Origin: Octopus vulgaris
Lineage: Eukaryota
Assembly (NCBI GenBank): GCA_951406725.2
Contig: OX597824.1
Coordinates: 92,876,001 to 92,940,000 of the forward strand
Direction: 5' to 3'
Length of the DNA: 64,000 bases
The translations under genes were made by a program, and so were the position numbers. This document shows, piece after piece, positions 40,386-53,970 of the stretch (its first letter is position 1; the number at the start of each line of letters is the position of its first letter). The notes under the pieces are model-generated. The model was not told the DNA's origin and did no database searches. It saw only the letters and a list, made by a program, of their open reading frames with translations.

Positions 40386-40942
40386 CTAAGTTTGTATCTA
40401 TCAGTAATCTCAAATAAATCATGTAAGGTTACGCAATGGTTGTCCGAAGAGTCAAAAATAAGGAAATTCAAATTGTCCACTGTAGTGTCAAAGATCAGAC
40501 TAATTTCCTAGTGAGTTTACATTCAGATTTAATTAATCTGTATATTAGCGTTTTCGCACATTACTTTCTCCAACTAAATAAACCCGAAGCATTAATCAAT
40601 AGATACACTAAGAACTTCATCTGATTCTTTGGAGCAATATATGATGAAGACGAAAACAAAGTTACAGAGAAATTTGAAACAGAAAACAGAAAGTGGAATC
40701 AAAGAACAAAAAAACCCATTTCTGAAAGGAACTGAAACAACCGGCGCCTAAAATGAAATATTTTTTCAAGAGGGAATATTTCTATTCTAATTCCTTGACA
40801 GAAATGTCCTCCTGCTACACACGGCCAAATTCCTGTAGACTGTTGCCAACTTTAATAATATAATATTATGTGAGACATTGCTAGCAGGTAAATATCTTAA
40901 AATTCTCTGATCTAATAAAATGCCAAAATATATTTCTCATGA

Positions 40943-41045
<103 letters not shown>

Positions 41046-41152
41046 TATACAAACGCGTGTATTCACAAACATATATATATATGGATGGGTATATATATTA
41101 TATACACACACACACACACACATATATATATATGGATGGGTATATATATTAT

Positions 41153-41186
<34 letters not shown>

Positions 41187-41200
41187 CTACATATATATGT

Positions 41201-41258
<58 letters not shown>

Positions 41259-42373
41259 ACATATGAAAAATGATATATAAATCATGTATAAATGAATGTG
41301 TGTGTTTGTACGAATATATATGTATGTATATATGTGTTTTATGAAGAAAGTTTCTCCAAGAGTCTGAAATACTGTCTAACTCAGTTATAAGAATTCTTCT
41401 CACATACCATCAAATACCCAATGTAGAACCATCATCCTGCTGTATGTCAATAGCAATCTCTACGGGAAATTTCCAATACTTAACCAATGTATCGCGTCGT
41501 GATATTCCTCCGTATCCATTCTAACTAGTCTCTGGATATAAATCTTTCAAACATTTCCTCCTTGAAGACAAAGACACCGAAAAGCAAATTTAAAACTGAA
41601 AAGCTAATACTAAGAATTAACCTAAGACAGCACAACATGAACTGCACATTGCATAAGAGAGAAAGAGATAGAGAGAAATAGAGACAGGCAGAGACAGATG
41701 CAGAGAGAGAGAGACAGACAGACAGAGAGAACCAATGGACATGTTAAATATCTATTCTATTTACAAAATACATTTACTACTATTTCTTGGTGAGTGGTAA
41801 ATATATTTCAGTTGTTTGATTTCAATACGGATTTTCTATCTCTCCATTGGTATGTCTATTTAAATAGCATAAACATTTGAGGGTTTTTTGGAGTTTTTTT
41901 TTTTTTTTTTTTGCTTTTCTTTTAGCAGTTTTCGTACATTTTGAAAATTCCTTCGTACATATCTCGGCACCCAATGATCATATTTGCATGTATTTCCTTA
42001 TTCACAGTAACATATTATTTATATTTGAATACAGTTATTCTGAGAACTTATAAATCGGTGTAGCTAAAATCGCTCAGATATCGTAGTGTGAAAATTATAG
42101 ATATGTATGGAATTCCTTTTTTTTTTTTATATTCTGTCTTGTATCTCTTCTTTAAAATAGTAGTTGAACAAATTTATATTTATTTTTTTATGTCTTTTCA
42201 GACTTCGATATTCAAATAAAAATATTCCTTCTAGATACTAAGTTACTAAGATATTCTTTGTTTACATTAATGCTAGTTATATACTTTCTGCGTCGTATGT
42301 TCGAATGTATCTCGTATATTCACATAAATATTTATCAATATGCATATGTTTATATCATAATATATACATACAT

Positions 42374-42415
<42 letters not shown>

Positions 42416-42656
42416 ACACATGTAGCTTTTTATAACTTTATAAAACTTAACTTCGAAAACTTTGAGTAGGGAAGTACAAGCACAGCCTTTTATCTGCAAA
42501 TGGCAGGAAGGGAAGGTGTCGTCCAGACATTTTACATTCACATACAACATACATACACACACGCGCGCGAACACACACACTTATGCCTACGTATATATAT
42601 ATACATGTATACAAATATAAATATATATATACTTATATATGCACATACATATATGC

Positions 42657-42729
<73 letters not shown>

Positions 42730-42937
42730 TCTATATATACTTAAACAGATATATATATAAATATACATATATATATATGCGTATGTGTAACAATGTGCAT
42801 GTGTATGTGTGTGTGTGTGTGTGCATATTGAAGTCTTTCTCCCGTTATACATATATGAGTGCGAGGAAGCGAGAATGAGAGAAGATAGGGGAACGGATCA
42901 TAGGTAGGTAAACATATATATTTATATATATATATAT

Positions 42938-43150
<213 letters not shown>

Positions 43151-43979
43151 CTGCTCGGACAATAAGCTCAATATATAAATCAGTGCGTATTTCATTAGAA
43201 GTTGTGTAAGTTAGTGTTGTAACGGCCAGTGTCTGGTTTCGGTGGTTCAAAAGAAGGAATGAAAATAGTGAAGGTATAGAAAATTAAAATGGTTTGGATC
43301 TAACCACCATTTCAAATCACGCTATTTCAGAATCGGCCACAAATTTCAGTAACATGTACATATTTATTCGCACTTTCATTTTTAAAGTAAAAATGTGACG
43401 TACTTATAATGTTCTTCTTATTCCTTACTTTCTCTGGTTTTACTCATCATTTGTCGCTTCATTAATCTTCTTGCATCGACGTTCTCGATTTTTTTGTTCT
43501 CATGTTTTGTCATGTACCAGCATCATGTGCTCTGAGCCCGCAGATTAATTTCTAAAAAGCTGCCTAGCCACGTGACTCCAAGGAAAGTAACGATAAGTAA
43601 CTCTTATTTTAATACAGTGTAGAGCTGCTTCATGCTCTAATGTCCGTCATAACCGAGGGTAGTCTCCGAGTAGCCTTCCCTTGTTATTTATTGTGTATTT
43701 TTTTTAAATACTATAAAGGAGTGTTAAGATAGTAATGAAAATAACAGACCTAACGTTTTCTTCTCCACGATGATTTACGAGGACAATGTGGGGAGTATGC
43801 ATCACTCCCACGACAACGATTGTTTCTTAAATAAATCATCAAAAAAGACCGATGCATACAGATGCCGAAGTATATACATATGTGTATATGTATATAATTA
43901 TATATATGTGTGTGTGTGTGTGTGTCTGTGTGTCTGTGTGTGTGTATGTATGTATATGTATGTGTATATATATACATAC

Positions 43980-44010
<31 letters not shown>

Positions 44011-45641
44011 TGAATGTATGTATATGTTTCTGTATTTGTATATAGTATGTAAACATATATAAATGTATGTGTTTGTGTAAATATATTGGCAGCAAACTGG
44101 CATTGTCCTTAAATCTTTAAACAGAATGCCTAAGATATTTGTTCCGGTTTTCTGGTCCCTGATTTCAAATATAGCCTTATGCTACGTTCTTCGAGACACA
44201 GAACAAATAATGATAGACGTAGAAAGCCCATCAGCAAATTTCCATAAATTTCCCTTCATTAATTTCTATGGTAGTGCACCAGCAGTTATGTTGGAAGAAA
44301 TATTAATTTCAAAGTCTTGGGAATCGAAATTATTATGTACTTGAATGTATATATCAATCTTCGTAAATTCCTTTTATTTTCTATTACCAATTACATTTTT
44401 CTTGTTCTAGCTTGAAGCTGGTGCTATGCTGGGGCGCCGCCACCGTTCTGTTTATTAGTGTGAGTATGTGTGTGTATGTGTGTGTGTGTGTTTAACTATT
44501 GCATAATTTTCCTATGCAAATTTCACTTCTACTCATTTTTACCTGAAAAAGGTAACAGAAGAAAGCAATTAAATCGAGGAAAGTTTGTTGGGAAAGTATT
44601 GTACCCTCTTGCTGATAAATGTTTTTTTTTTTTTGCATTTTACCATGTATTTACTTTTGATATCGAACTTTTCATAGCTCGGCCTGATATGCACATTTCC
44701 TTTTCGCATTTACTTTGCAATGTTCCTGATTTCAAATTGTGAGTTAAACTAAATTTATTACTCTTGTAGTCACCCAACAAAATATAATACACATGACCAG
44801 ACATCGGTTTTACAGATTCTATTTCCTGTTGATCCGTCAAAACATGGTCTTGACATTTGTAGAAAAGGTCAAGAAGCTAATAACGTTGAAGGAAGTAAAT
44901 TCTTTAGTCTTCGCATTTGTTACGAACAAACTCGTCATATACGCCCAACCATAAATATACCAATTACTACGATTGAAGTATCCACTGAAAACTAACAAAA
45001 GAGTTATGCTATATACAGCAGGCCCTTAAATTGTATCTCCTTGCAACTAATAAGATTCTATGTTTAAATATAACCTCACGTTACTACTGAGATGCTGTCA
45101 TGTTGTCGGAAGGGATCGTAGCTTTTGAACCCACATGACAGGCGTATGAGGATTTTGTTGTAGCAAAGGCATATCTATAAATGGAATATACATATTCTAA
45201 CGCTCTTTACAATTGTAGATGTTTCCAGGTAGGAAAGCTTGTTAAACAGTATAATAATTTTACGATATTTTTAAGACGTTTATTTGTATAATTGAAATAA
45301 ATTAATCCCAAATGCGCGTTTAAAAAACAAGGTAGGTATAAAACGCATATTTACATGTTTACATTTAAAACAATACAAACTTGGTTAAAAGCCTCTGGAA
45401 ATGAAATCATTTTCATTATACGAAACTTAATAAAAAATTGTCTGCATCATTCCTGGCTAATTTTAAGACCGTTATTTTAAAAGTTGTGCCTTGATTTATA
45501 AGATTCTTCTTGCTAAATTCTGACTATGGTTAAAACCAACTTATCCACGACATATCAAAACTCAAAATAAAATAATGGTTTTAAGATGGTGGCATCAGCC
45601 CACCACTCTCAAATATAATCTGTTTTAATATTTAGTAATAT

Positions 45642-45855
45642 CGGTTTCAAATTCTTGCACAAGGCCAGATATTTCAAGAGATAGGTTTTACTCGATTACA
45701 TCAACCCCAGTGCTCAACTGGTACTTATTTCATCGACCTCGACAGGGCGAATGGCAAAGTCGACCTCGCCGGAATTTGAACTCAGAACGCAAAGGCAGAC
45801 GAGATGCCGCTAATTATTTTCTGCCGTGCTAACGATTGTGCCAACTAATCGCCTT
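45642..45855 (-). mobile_element. SINE family A copy
   Basis: ggtttcaaattcttgcacaaggcc...ccccagtgctcaactggtacttatt...caaagtcgacctcg.cggaatttgaactcagaacg. Confidence 0.85.
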
Positions 45856-46164
45856 TCCTATTTGTAATAAAATCGCGCACATCAATATGAAATTGTTTCA
45901 TTGAGTATTGTCCAAATAGTCAGTTGTAAATTTGTAAATGAAAAAAAATTTTAAAAACAGAAAGAAATTTATAGAAAAATCACCTTGACACTGAACAATT
46001 ATATGGAGAAACCCCCGTCTTAGAAATCAGAATATTTAAGTACTGCTTAAGAATATTTGAAACCTCTTTGCTACCAGCTAGATGTTCACACTATATCCAG
46101 AGGCCAGCTTGACATGGCTCTCTAGTTGAGATATAAAATATACTTTATATTATTCTTCGGGAAT

Positions 46165-46540
46165 ACACTGAGATTGTTTCCAACCCCTTCTTTGATGTCG
46201 TCAATCTACGAACGTCTTAGACGTCTCCTGTTCACTTCTTCCTTACGTTTTCTACCAGGACGGTCTTGCATAATTATTTGTGGCGAATTCTACGCGATAG
46301 CTTTGTGAACATGATTCCTGACGATAGGTATGTTTGTACTTGTAGTCTTTCTTGTACTTTGTTGCTCTGTTGCTCCAACTTATTCTGCCCGACCTTAGAA
46401 GGATTCAGATTTCAAAGGTGTCTGTATTCTCCATTAATCTCTGCATCGTCCACGTTTCTGCTGGGAAGTGGACTTTTGCCAAAATATCAAAGCTTACTAG
46501 CATCATATTGAAGGTTCAAGCACGAATTCTTTCTGTTATT
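46165..46540 (-). mobile_element. Decayed RTE-clade LINE ORF 3' fragment
   Basis: Minus strand: AETWTMQR..DTFEI*ILLRSGRISWSNRAT ... RRLRRS*IDDIKEGVG, matching the RTE C-terminal pattern (ETWT..AFEMW..R...ISW.D..TN ... GRP.R.W.D.IK). Confidence 0.75.
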
Positions 46541-47449
46541 AATATGATAATACTGGTTGGATTAGAGTTAAATTTTATTCCTCACATAACTAAAAAAGAA
46601 ACGCAAATTTTAATCCATAGCATGAGAAAAGATCGAAATTTTCCTTTTCTTACAGACTTTCTACTTTTCCAGTTAATTCTGCATTTTCGGTTATTCTCAT
46701 TCTTTGATTTTTTTATTCACAATTGATTTTTTCTTTTTTTTTGTATACATATGCCATTCATTGAATTGTCTCAGCAAAGCTTCGGCAGATTCACTGGCCC
46801 ATAACATTCTGCCGCTTGTGTTTGTGTGTGTGAGTGTGTGTATGAAGTAGAAGGGAATTGGACGATATAACGAGTAGTAGTTAGTACAACAACTTTGTAG
46901 TCGACCCAGTATCATTACTATGGATGGCTAATGAATGTTATGCAATCTCTGCAGATTTGACAATGAAATCAAATTTTAAATCATCTTTTATATAAATGAA
47001 TATCTTTGTAAATGAAATGCTTGTAAGGTGATCCTGTTAAACATATAAATATATAAGTTATCTTGCTTTATTATTGTACAATCGTACATATCTGCATCTA
47101 ACGTGTGTGTCATCAGTATGAGTGTTTCTTGCAAATAGACTGTTAGGCCAACAATGCGTCAGACAAATAAGTTTGCAGCAGAATTTCAGATATGAAGGCT
47201 AGAAACAGAAACTCACGACGCAAAAGTCTGCATTTAATGCTCTAAAAAAGTCTTTGTATTTTCTGCTCCTACTGACATTATCAAGCGCGGAAATCAGAAA
47301 ACATGAAAGAGAGTCAAAATCTGCACTTACATCGCAAAAATTCTCTACAATAAATAGCATGAAATATTATATCTCTTATATTCTACAACTTCTATGTGTA
47401 TCAATGAGCGCGTATGCGTGCTTCTATGTGTGTCCGTGTATGCGTTTTA

Positions 47450-47665
47450 TAGTCTTAGATCCTCTTGCGCCGTGTGGCGCATCGGGCGGCATGGTTTCTC
47501 CAACGTGGTTGATTGACCGCGGCGATTTCAGCTATATCCCATGAAATGTCAATGGCTTTGAGGTCGTCGATGAAGGTGCAGCGCCATCACACTTTTGGTC
47601 GCGCTTCTTTTCCCTTGCCATGCGGTGGCTTCGACAAAATAGAGATTTTCGCACGCCGTGTATGC
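47450..47665 (-). mobile_element. RTE-like LINE extreme 3' end
   Basis: Minus strand: KPPHGKGKEARPKV*WRCTFIDDLKAIDISWDIAEIAAVNQPRWRNHAARCATRRKRI*; GC-rich island. Confidence 0.75.
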
Positions 47666-47844
47666 GTATATGATCTTAATTAATTGAGCGAGAATTGCAT
47701 TAAGCAATATTGCATATAATATGTCTAAGACATAAAGAAATATAGATTCTACTATGCATCGGTCTTTCTCTATGAGTCATGATTTAATAACGTATAAAAT
47801 CTTGCTCGGGCGTTTCGTGGTTATCGGCTCATATTATTCAGTAT

Positions 47845-48129
47845 CTTTTATATTCTAACTGACTGCGACCAGGCTGGGTTACCACCTAAAATAATTGTAT
47901 TTTTAGTCAAACGAACTAATCCCAGTACATTTTCATCGTGATACTTTTCTTTCGCTCTCTTTTGCTAAACCGCTATGGTACGCGGATGTAAACCCATCAA
48001 CGCTGGTTGCCAAGCGGTTGTGGGAGAAACAGAAAGGTACAGAGACACACACTGATACACTCACACATTCACAGAATTCACAGATATAATATATATATAT
48101 ATATATATATATACGCACGCACACACACA

Positions 48130-48167
<38 letters not shown>

Positions 48168-48332
48168 CACACGCACGCACATATATATGCGACTGACTAC
48201 TTTCATTTTCCGTCTACCAAATCCAATCACAAGGTGTGATCGACCCGAGGATATAGCAGAAATTCACGCGGTGGGACTGAACCCGGGAGCGTGTGGTTGG
48301 GAAGCATTCTTCTTACTACACATCTACACCTC
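47845..48332 (-). mobile_element. SINE family B, old diverged copy
   Basis: tgactgcgaccaggctgg...ttccgtctaccaaatcca.tcacaagg...gtgggactgaacccgg. Confidence 0.7.
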
Positions 48333-49310
48333 TACTTGTATCTATATATATATTGCACATTATTTATATCTATATTTCCTAATATCGATTTTCTTGTTAA
48401 TTAAAAGTATTACCCGAATTTTTTTTTTATCTATATTCAATAATGCCGAAAGCCAGCAAAAGAAAAACATACTCAGTTAAAATATAAACGTAGCTTTCTA
48501 AAATCATATGAAATGATTATGTCTAACTGGTTTTCCATATAAGGGAATATGATGACAGGTAATCTCCTGAAGGAACCCTAAAGAATATGCTCCTGTGGCT
48601 TTTCACACTCAAGATATAGACTTTCATTGGCAAACGCTAACTTGGCTCAATATTTTTTTTCAGTGACGGGTTGGTATTGAAAATCGGAATGCTCAGATCG
48701 GATAAGTGTATCGCAAGACATCTGTACCCGCTGCTTCAAGAATTCTGCCAATTCACAACTTCGGACTTTCAAGTTCTTTGCTCGATATCGAATAATGAAA
48801 TGCAGTGTTTACTACACAGCCATATTAACTCAGATTATAAGGCGTAGGAACGAATACCGCCAGGTATTCAATCTAATACTCTACGAAACTACACGAAATC
48901 ATCATTAAAAAAATCTACCATAACAGTCTTTATAGTAAATTGAAATAAATATCAGGCAAGAAAACAATCATGAAAGCGATGAAGGAGGATTTTTCTTCTT
49001 TTAAAGAATTGTTGAACAATGACTGAAGGCAAGCGAACGTGAGAACAGAGAAATTAAAATGGAACATAAAGGAAGGCTTCATGTCAAATGATTTCATTGA
49101 GGGGCAGATTATTTGAACTACATTTTTGAGAATACAGTTTTAGTCATACGCATGTTATTGAATCAAACATTGCTAACGGATGATGCATTTAATTTTTTGA
49201 GTTTTAATAAAACAAATATTTAAGAAATCAACGTGAATTTAACACATTCCTTCTAACAAATTGTTGACGTGAATTTAAAATAAAATACATTACAAATCAG
49301 TATTAAATAT

Positions 49311-49525
49311 TGGTTTCAAATTTTGCCACAAGGGCAGCAGTTTCGAGGTATATGTTAATTCGTTAACATCGACCTAAGTCCTCAGTTGCAACGTATTTTA
49401 TCGACCCCGAGCTGATGAAAGGCAGAGTCGACGTCAGCGGGTTTTAAACACAGAGCGTAATGGCGGACGAAATGCCGTTAAGTATTTTTCCGGACATGCT
49501 ACGGATTCAGCAAGCTCGCCGCCTT
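49311..49525 (-). mobile_element. SINE family A copy with 17-bp TSD
   Basis: ggtttcaaattttgccacaagg...ttatcgacccc...agctcgccgcc; aaatcagt(a/t)ttaaatat at 49294 and 49526. Confidence 0.8.
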
Positions 49526-49690
49526 AAATCAGTTTTAAATATCATCATTATAAAATACCATCAGTATAAAATATTATCATTCTTAAATATCATCAGTATA
49601 AAATATCAGTTTTAAATAGCATGAGTATAAAATATCATGCGTATCAAATATCATGAGTATCAAATATCATCAGTTTTAAATACCATTAGC
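49526..49690. repeat. Degenerate ~16-19-bp minisatellite (atcatcagtataaaat-like)
   Basis: Repeated atcagtataaaatat / atcagttttaaata / atgagtat.aaatatc units. Confidence 0.75.
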
Positions 49691-50325
49691 GAATGGGGAT
49701 TAGATCGCATTACATATTTTTTATCTATTATTAATTACAATAAAATAACTGGAAACATATCTGCATAATTATTTCCCATTAAATTGCATTATTCAATATC
49801 TGGCGTCAAGCTGATACTCAGTATAAAACAAAGGTTACTTGTAAACAATCATCTTGAAAAAAGAAATTGTTTTGACACGCGATAATTGCTCATACAATTT
49901 CTGAACAATAAAACATTCATTTTAATTAAGTTTCCTTATCAATTTATATTTACTGGATTTTTAAACATAGGATTTTATCAATAGCAACATCATAACGTCT
50001 ATTATTACTACTGACCGAAGTTAATTAATATTATCCAAGACGATCCTAGTAAGTTAATATAGAATTCATCAAGGTACAATACCGGATTAGATTATGTTAG
50101 ATAAAGTATTGACGTGTAAATTATATCTGATCATTATATATATGTATGTTAATTAATGATAGATAAGAAGGGTAGTCACGATATTAATGATTTGCTAATT
50201 ATGGAAATATATCATTTGGTTATAACATCATGTTTCGATTATCAAATTATAATTGAATTTACATAATTATCTAACTAAACAATATATGTGCATGAAATGA
50301 TATACATATATAAATACACACATAC

Positions 50326-50438
50326 GCGTAGGAGTGCTCACATGGTTCCGGGTTCAGTCCCACTACAGCTTCGGGCCGACAAAAGCCTTGTGGGTGGATA
50401 TGGTAGACGGAAACTGAAAGAAGCCCGCCGTATATATG

Positions 50439-50469
<31 letters not shown>

Positions 50470-50702
50470 CTGTGTGTGTATGTTTGTGTGTCTGTGTTTG
50501 TCCCCTAAAATCGCTTGACAACCGATGCTGGTGTGTTTATGTCCCCGTAACTTAGCGGTTCGGCGAAGAGACCGATAGAATAAGTACTAGGCTTACAAAG
50601 AATATGTCTGAGGGTCGATTTGCTCGACTAATAGCGGTACTCCAGCATGGCCACAGTGAAATGACTGACACAAGTAAAAGAATAACAGAGAAAGTAAAGA
50701 GT
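50326..50702 (+). mobile_element. SINE family B with internal deletions
   Basis: catggttccgggttcagtcccact...gacggaaactgaaagaagccc...ccgtaacttagcggttcggc. Confidence 0.88.
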
Positions 50703-50920
50703 ATACAGACATACATATAAATGTATGGATATGTATATGCATATACATGCACACACATACATGCATGCATACACACATGCACACATACGTACTCGTGCGC
50801 GCGCGCGTGCGTGCATGTGAGCGTGCGTATATGCGTATGTGCGTATGTGTTTATATAAGAGAATAAATGCAATTAGTATTTTGTGTATGACTACACATGT
50901 CGCTTAATATTCGGTATCCT

Positions 50921-51035
50921 CACGTGTTTACGTGACCGAGCAGGAAATCAGATTTTGTCACACATCGCTGGTAACGATGCGCTTTTGCATTCTCTTAGCC
51001 TTCAAATAACACCACGGCCACTGGTTAGATAACCA
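50921..51035 (-). mobile_element. SINE family C tail-2 fragment
   Basis: cgtgaccga.cagg..atcagat..tg..acacatcgctggt.ac.atgcgctt is the reverse complement of 24950-25030. Confidence 0.65.
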
Positions 51036-51354
51036 AGACAATTTGGAACCATATAATCTAAAAAAGAATAAAAATCATCTAAAAAAGACATTGAAAGATA
51101 TTACCTGAAGAAGTGACACTATGAAATTGCACCTTTGCAGAATGTAATATGTTACACAATGTTACACAGCAATTTACAAAAACAAAATGGCGATTTTACA
51201 TTCAAATCCAACGGAAACACGCATATTTCTGACACCCGTATATCTATAATATACAACGTGTCGAATGGACCGAATATTCATTCGATACACTCTTGGATGT
51301 GGCAGAAAAATACTGTTAAAATTGTTCACGGATTGCTGAGAGTCCATATCTATT

Positions 51355-51514
51355 TACATCGACCTCAGTGCGGAACTGTTACTTAATTTATCGACTCCGA
51401 AAGGGTGAAAGGCAAAGTCAACCTCGGCGGAATTTGAACTCATAACGTAACGACAGACGAAATACGGCTAACCATTTCACCCGGCGTGCTAACGTTTCTG
51501 CCAGCTCGCCGCCT
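51355..51514 (-). mobile_element. Tail-less SINE-A copy flanked by a ~56-bp direct repeat
   Basis: catcgacctcagtgcg...ggcggaatttgaactc...ccagctcgccgcc; flank repeated at 51303-51359 and 51518-51573. Confidence 0.85.
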
Positions 51515-51767
51515 TCCAGAAAAATACTATTTCAATTGTTCACGGATTGCTGAGAGTCCATATCTATTTACATGCTTTCTTTTCATTATTTTTGCACCAG
51601 TTAGATTGCCTCCATTGTACTGTTACTGGTTGGTTGTCTTCAGTGTGTTTTCGTTGTTCAACCGCACATCTTTGCTTCTTTTCTTCCATTTATCCTGCTT
51701 TATTCTTGATATATTTCAGCTATTTTCCTAATTGTTTTGTTTCATTTTCCTTCAAGAACACACACAC

Positions 51768-51831
<64 letters not shown>

Positions 51832-51968
51832 GTGTGTGTATGTGTGATTTACGTGAGTCTGTGTATATACACGTATATGAATGTATATATATTACATGTG
51901 TGTGTATCTGTGATTTACGTGAGTCTGTGTATATACACACGCTATCCTCTTTCACGTATTCATATATA

Positions 51969-52032
<64 letters not shown>

Positions 52033-52108
52033 GATAGATATATATGTATATATATATATGTATACGTATATATATATATATATATAAATATATATATATA
52101 TGTATATA

Positions 52109-52171
<63 letters not shown>

Positions 52172-52422
52172 GTTAAGTTTATATTAAGAATGAAGTGAAT
52201 GTAATCGTCAATTAAAAAAAACATGATTACATCTGTGTGTGATTTAGGGCATTCCGAATAAACTTAATTATAGGAATATTCTTAGATCAACTATCTTATT
52301 TGTAGGGCGACCAAGCTATTTAAAAATTAACTCCGTTCGAATGCATTAAAGGGATATTAAAATTACATTAGTTACTTTCCAGGAGGGAATTTAGTGTTCA
52401 CATATACATACATACATATATA

Positions 52423-52469
<47 letters not shown>

Positions 52470-52593
52470 ATATGTATATATATATGTATGTATGTAAATG
52501 TGTGTGTGTGTGTAAATATATATACTTATACACGCACACACACACATATATATATATACATATGGATATATACATATATGTAATTATAAATAA

Positions 52594-52654
<61 letters not shown>

Positions 52655-53246
52655 CCGCAATGATTGTCAATAAATTACCTTTATTCAAAGAGAAGCATTT
52701 TTCCTTTTATTCACTGGTTTCGTTTTTTTCAGATTTTTCGCTTAGATTCGCATAATGATTGTGATATAATTATAATTCCTCTAATTGAATCCATTACTTA
52801 TTCTAAGTTTATTCTCTAATTTTTATCGATATCTGCTCCTTCATTTTTTTTTTCTTAGAATTTTTTTTAATGAAAGAAAATCCCCGTTTGTCATTTCTCG
52901 CTGTTGGAATTGCAGCAGTCCAGCGATTCATCTTTTGCAAATCTGATATCAAAAATGGTTTTCTCCCCATATTACTATATCAAGGAAATGTAGAAGAGGG
53001 TGGTCTTCTTTGATTCAGGAAACAATGCATTTCTAAAGATGAGTGCCACGTCTGCGAAACAATGTGGAACTGTAACGGTAATGACATTGCTAATTAAACC
53101 TTTCACCTTAGATAGTACACTATTTTATATCTCTCTTCACCTGAATTATTCTTTCTAGTTTCTTCTCTCTCCTCTATATTAATATTTATATCGATCTCTC
53201 ATAATCATTTTTCCATGTAATCATTCTCTCTATATCAAAAGCTATA

Positions 53247-53384
53247 TCCTTTTCAACTCAAGGCAGGAGGCCCGAAATTTGGGGGGAGGGGGTCAGTTGA
53301 TTAGATAGATCCCAGTAGGCAACTGGTACTTAATTTATCGACCCCGAAAGGGCGGAAGGCAAAGTCGACTTCATCGGAATTTGA
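53247..53384 (-). mobile_element. 5'-truncated SINE-A copy
   Basis: aactggtacttaatttatcgaccccgaaagg...aaggcaaagtcgac; atcaaa(a/t)gctatatc on both flanks. Confidence 0.75.
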
Positions 53385-53424
53385 TCAAATGCTATATCTT
53401 TGGCTATTCTCCTCGCTGACATTC

Positions 53425-53451
53425 TTTTCCACTATCTCTTCCTCTCACTCG

Positions 53452-53502
<51 letters not shown>

Positions 53503-53970
53503 CCTCTCTCGCTCTCTTTCTCACTCTTCCTCTGTTTTCTGAAAAACTCTTTTTCCTTAATCTTATTTGTTTCTTTCGCAAAGAAATCTCTCCCTCTCTC
53601 TATCTCATATTAATCAATATATCTCTACCGTACACTTTCTTCTTTCTGTATTTTTGCAATGTTTTCTTACTCTGTCTTTCTCTCTTTCTCTTCCCCCTCT
53701 CTATCCATCTATCTATCGATCTAGCATTCTGTCTGTCTGTCTATCACAGTCTTCTTCATTCTTCTCTTCTTACTCCCTCTGCATATTTATACCTCTTGCC
53801 ATCTATACTTATCTCCTCTCTCTTTCTCTCTCTCTCTCTGTCTCTCCCTCTCCTTCACTCTGTGTGTCTCTTCCTTCTCTTACTTTCTCCTGCTATTTCT
53901 CTTTCCTTTCCCACTACCATTCCCATTCTCTTTATATCTCTGTCTATGTCTCTCATTTTTTTCTTCTTAC
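53425..53970. repeat. Polypyrimidine (CT-rich) low-complexity tract
   Basis: Directly visible. Confidence 0.85.

Noticed and set aside
41400-41580. Minus-strand exon candidate (NGYGGISRRDTLVKYWKFPVEIAID...)
   Set aside because: Short, bounded by stops, no recognisable homology
52870-53090. Short ORF/exon candidate MKENPRLSFLAVG...
   Set aside because: Under 50 codons, no homology; part looks like a decayed interspersed repeat
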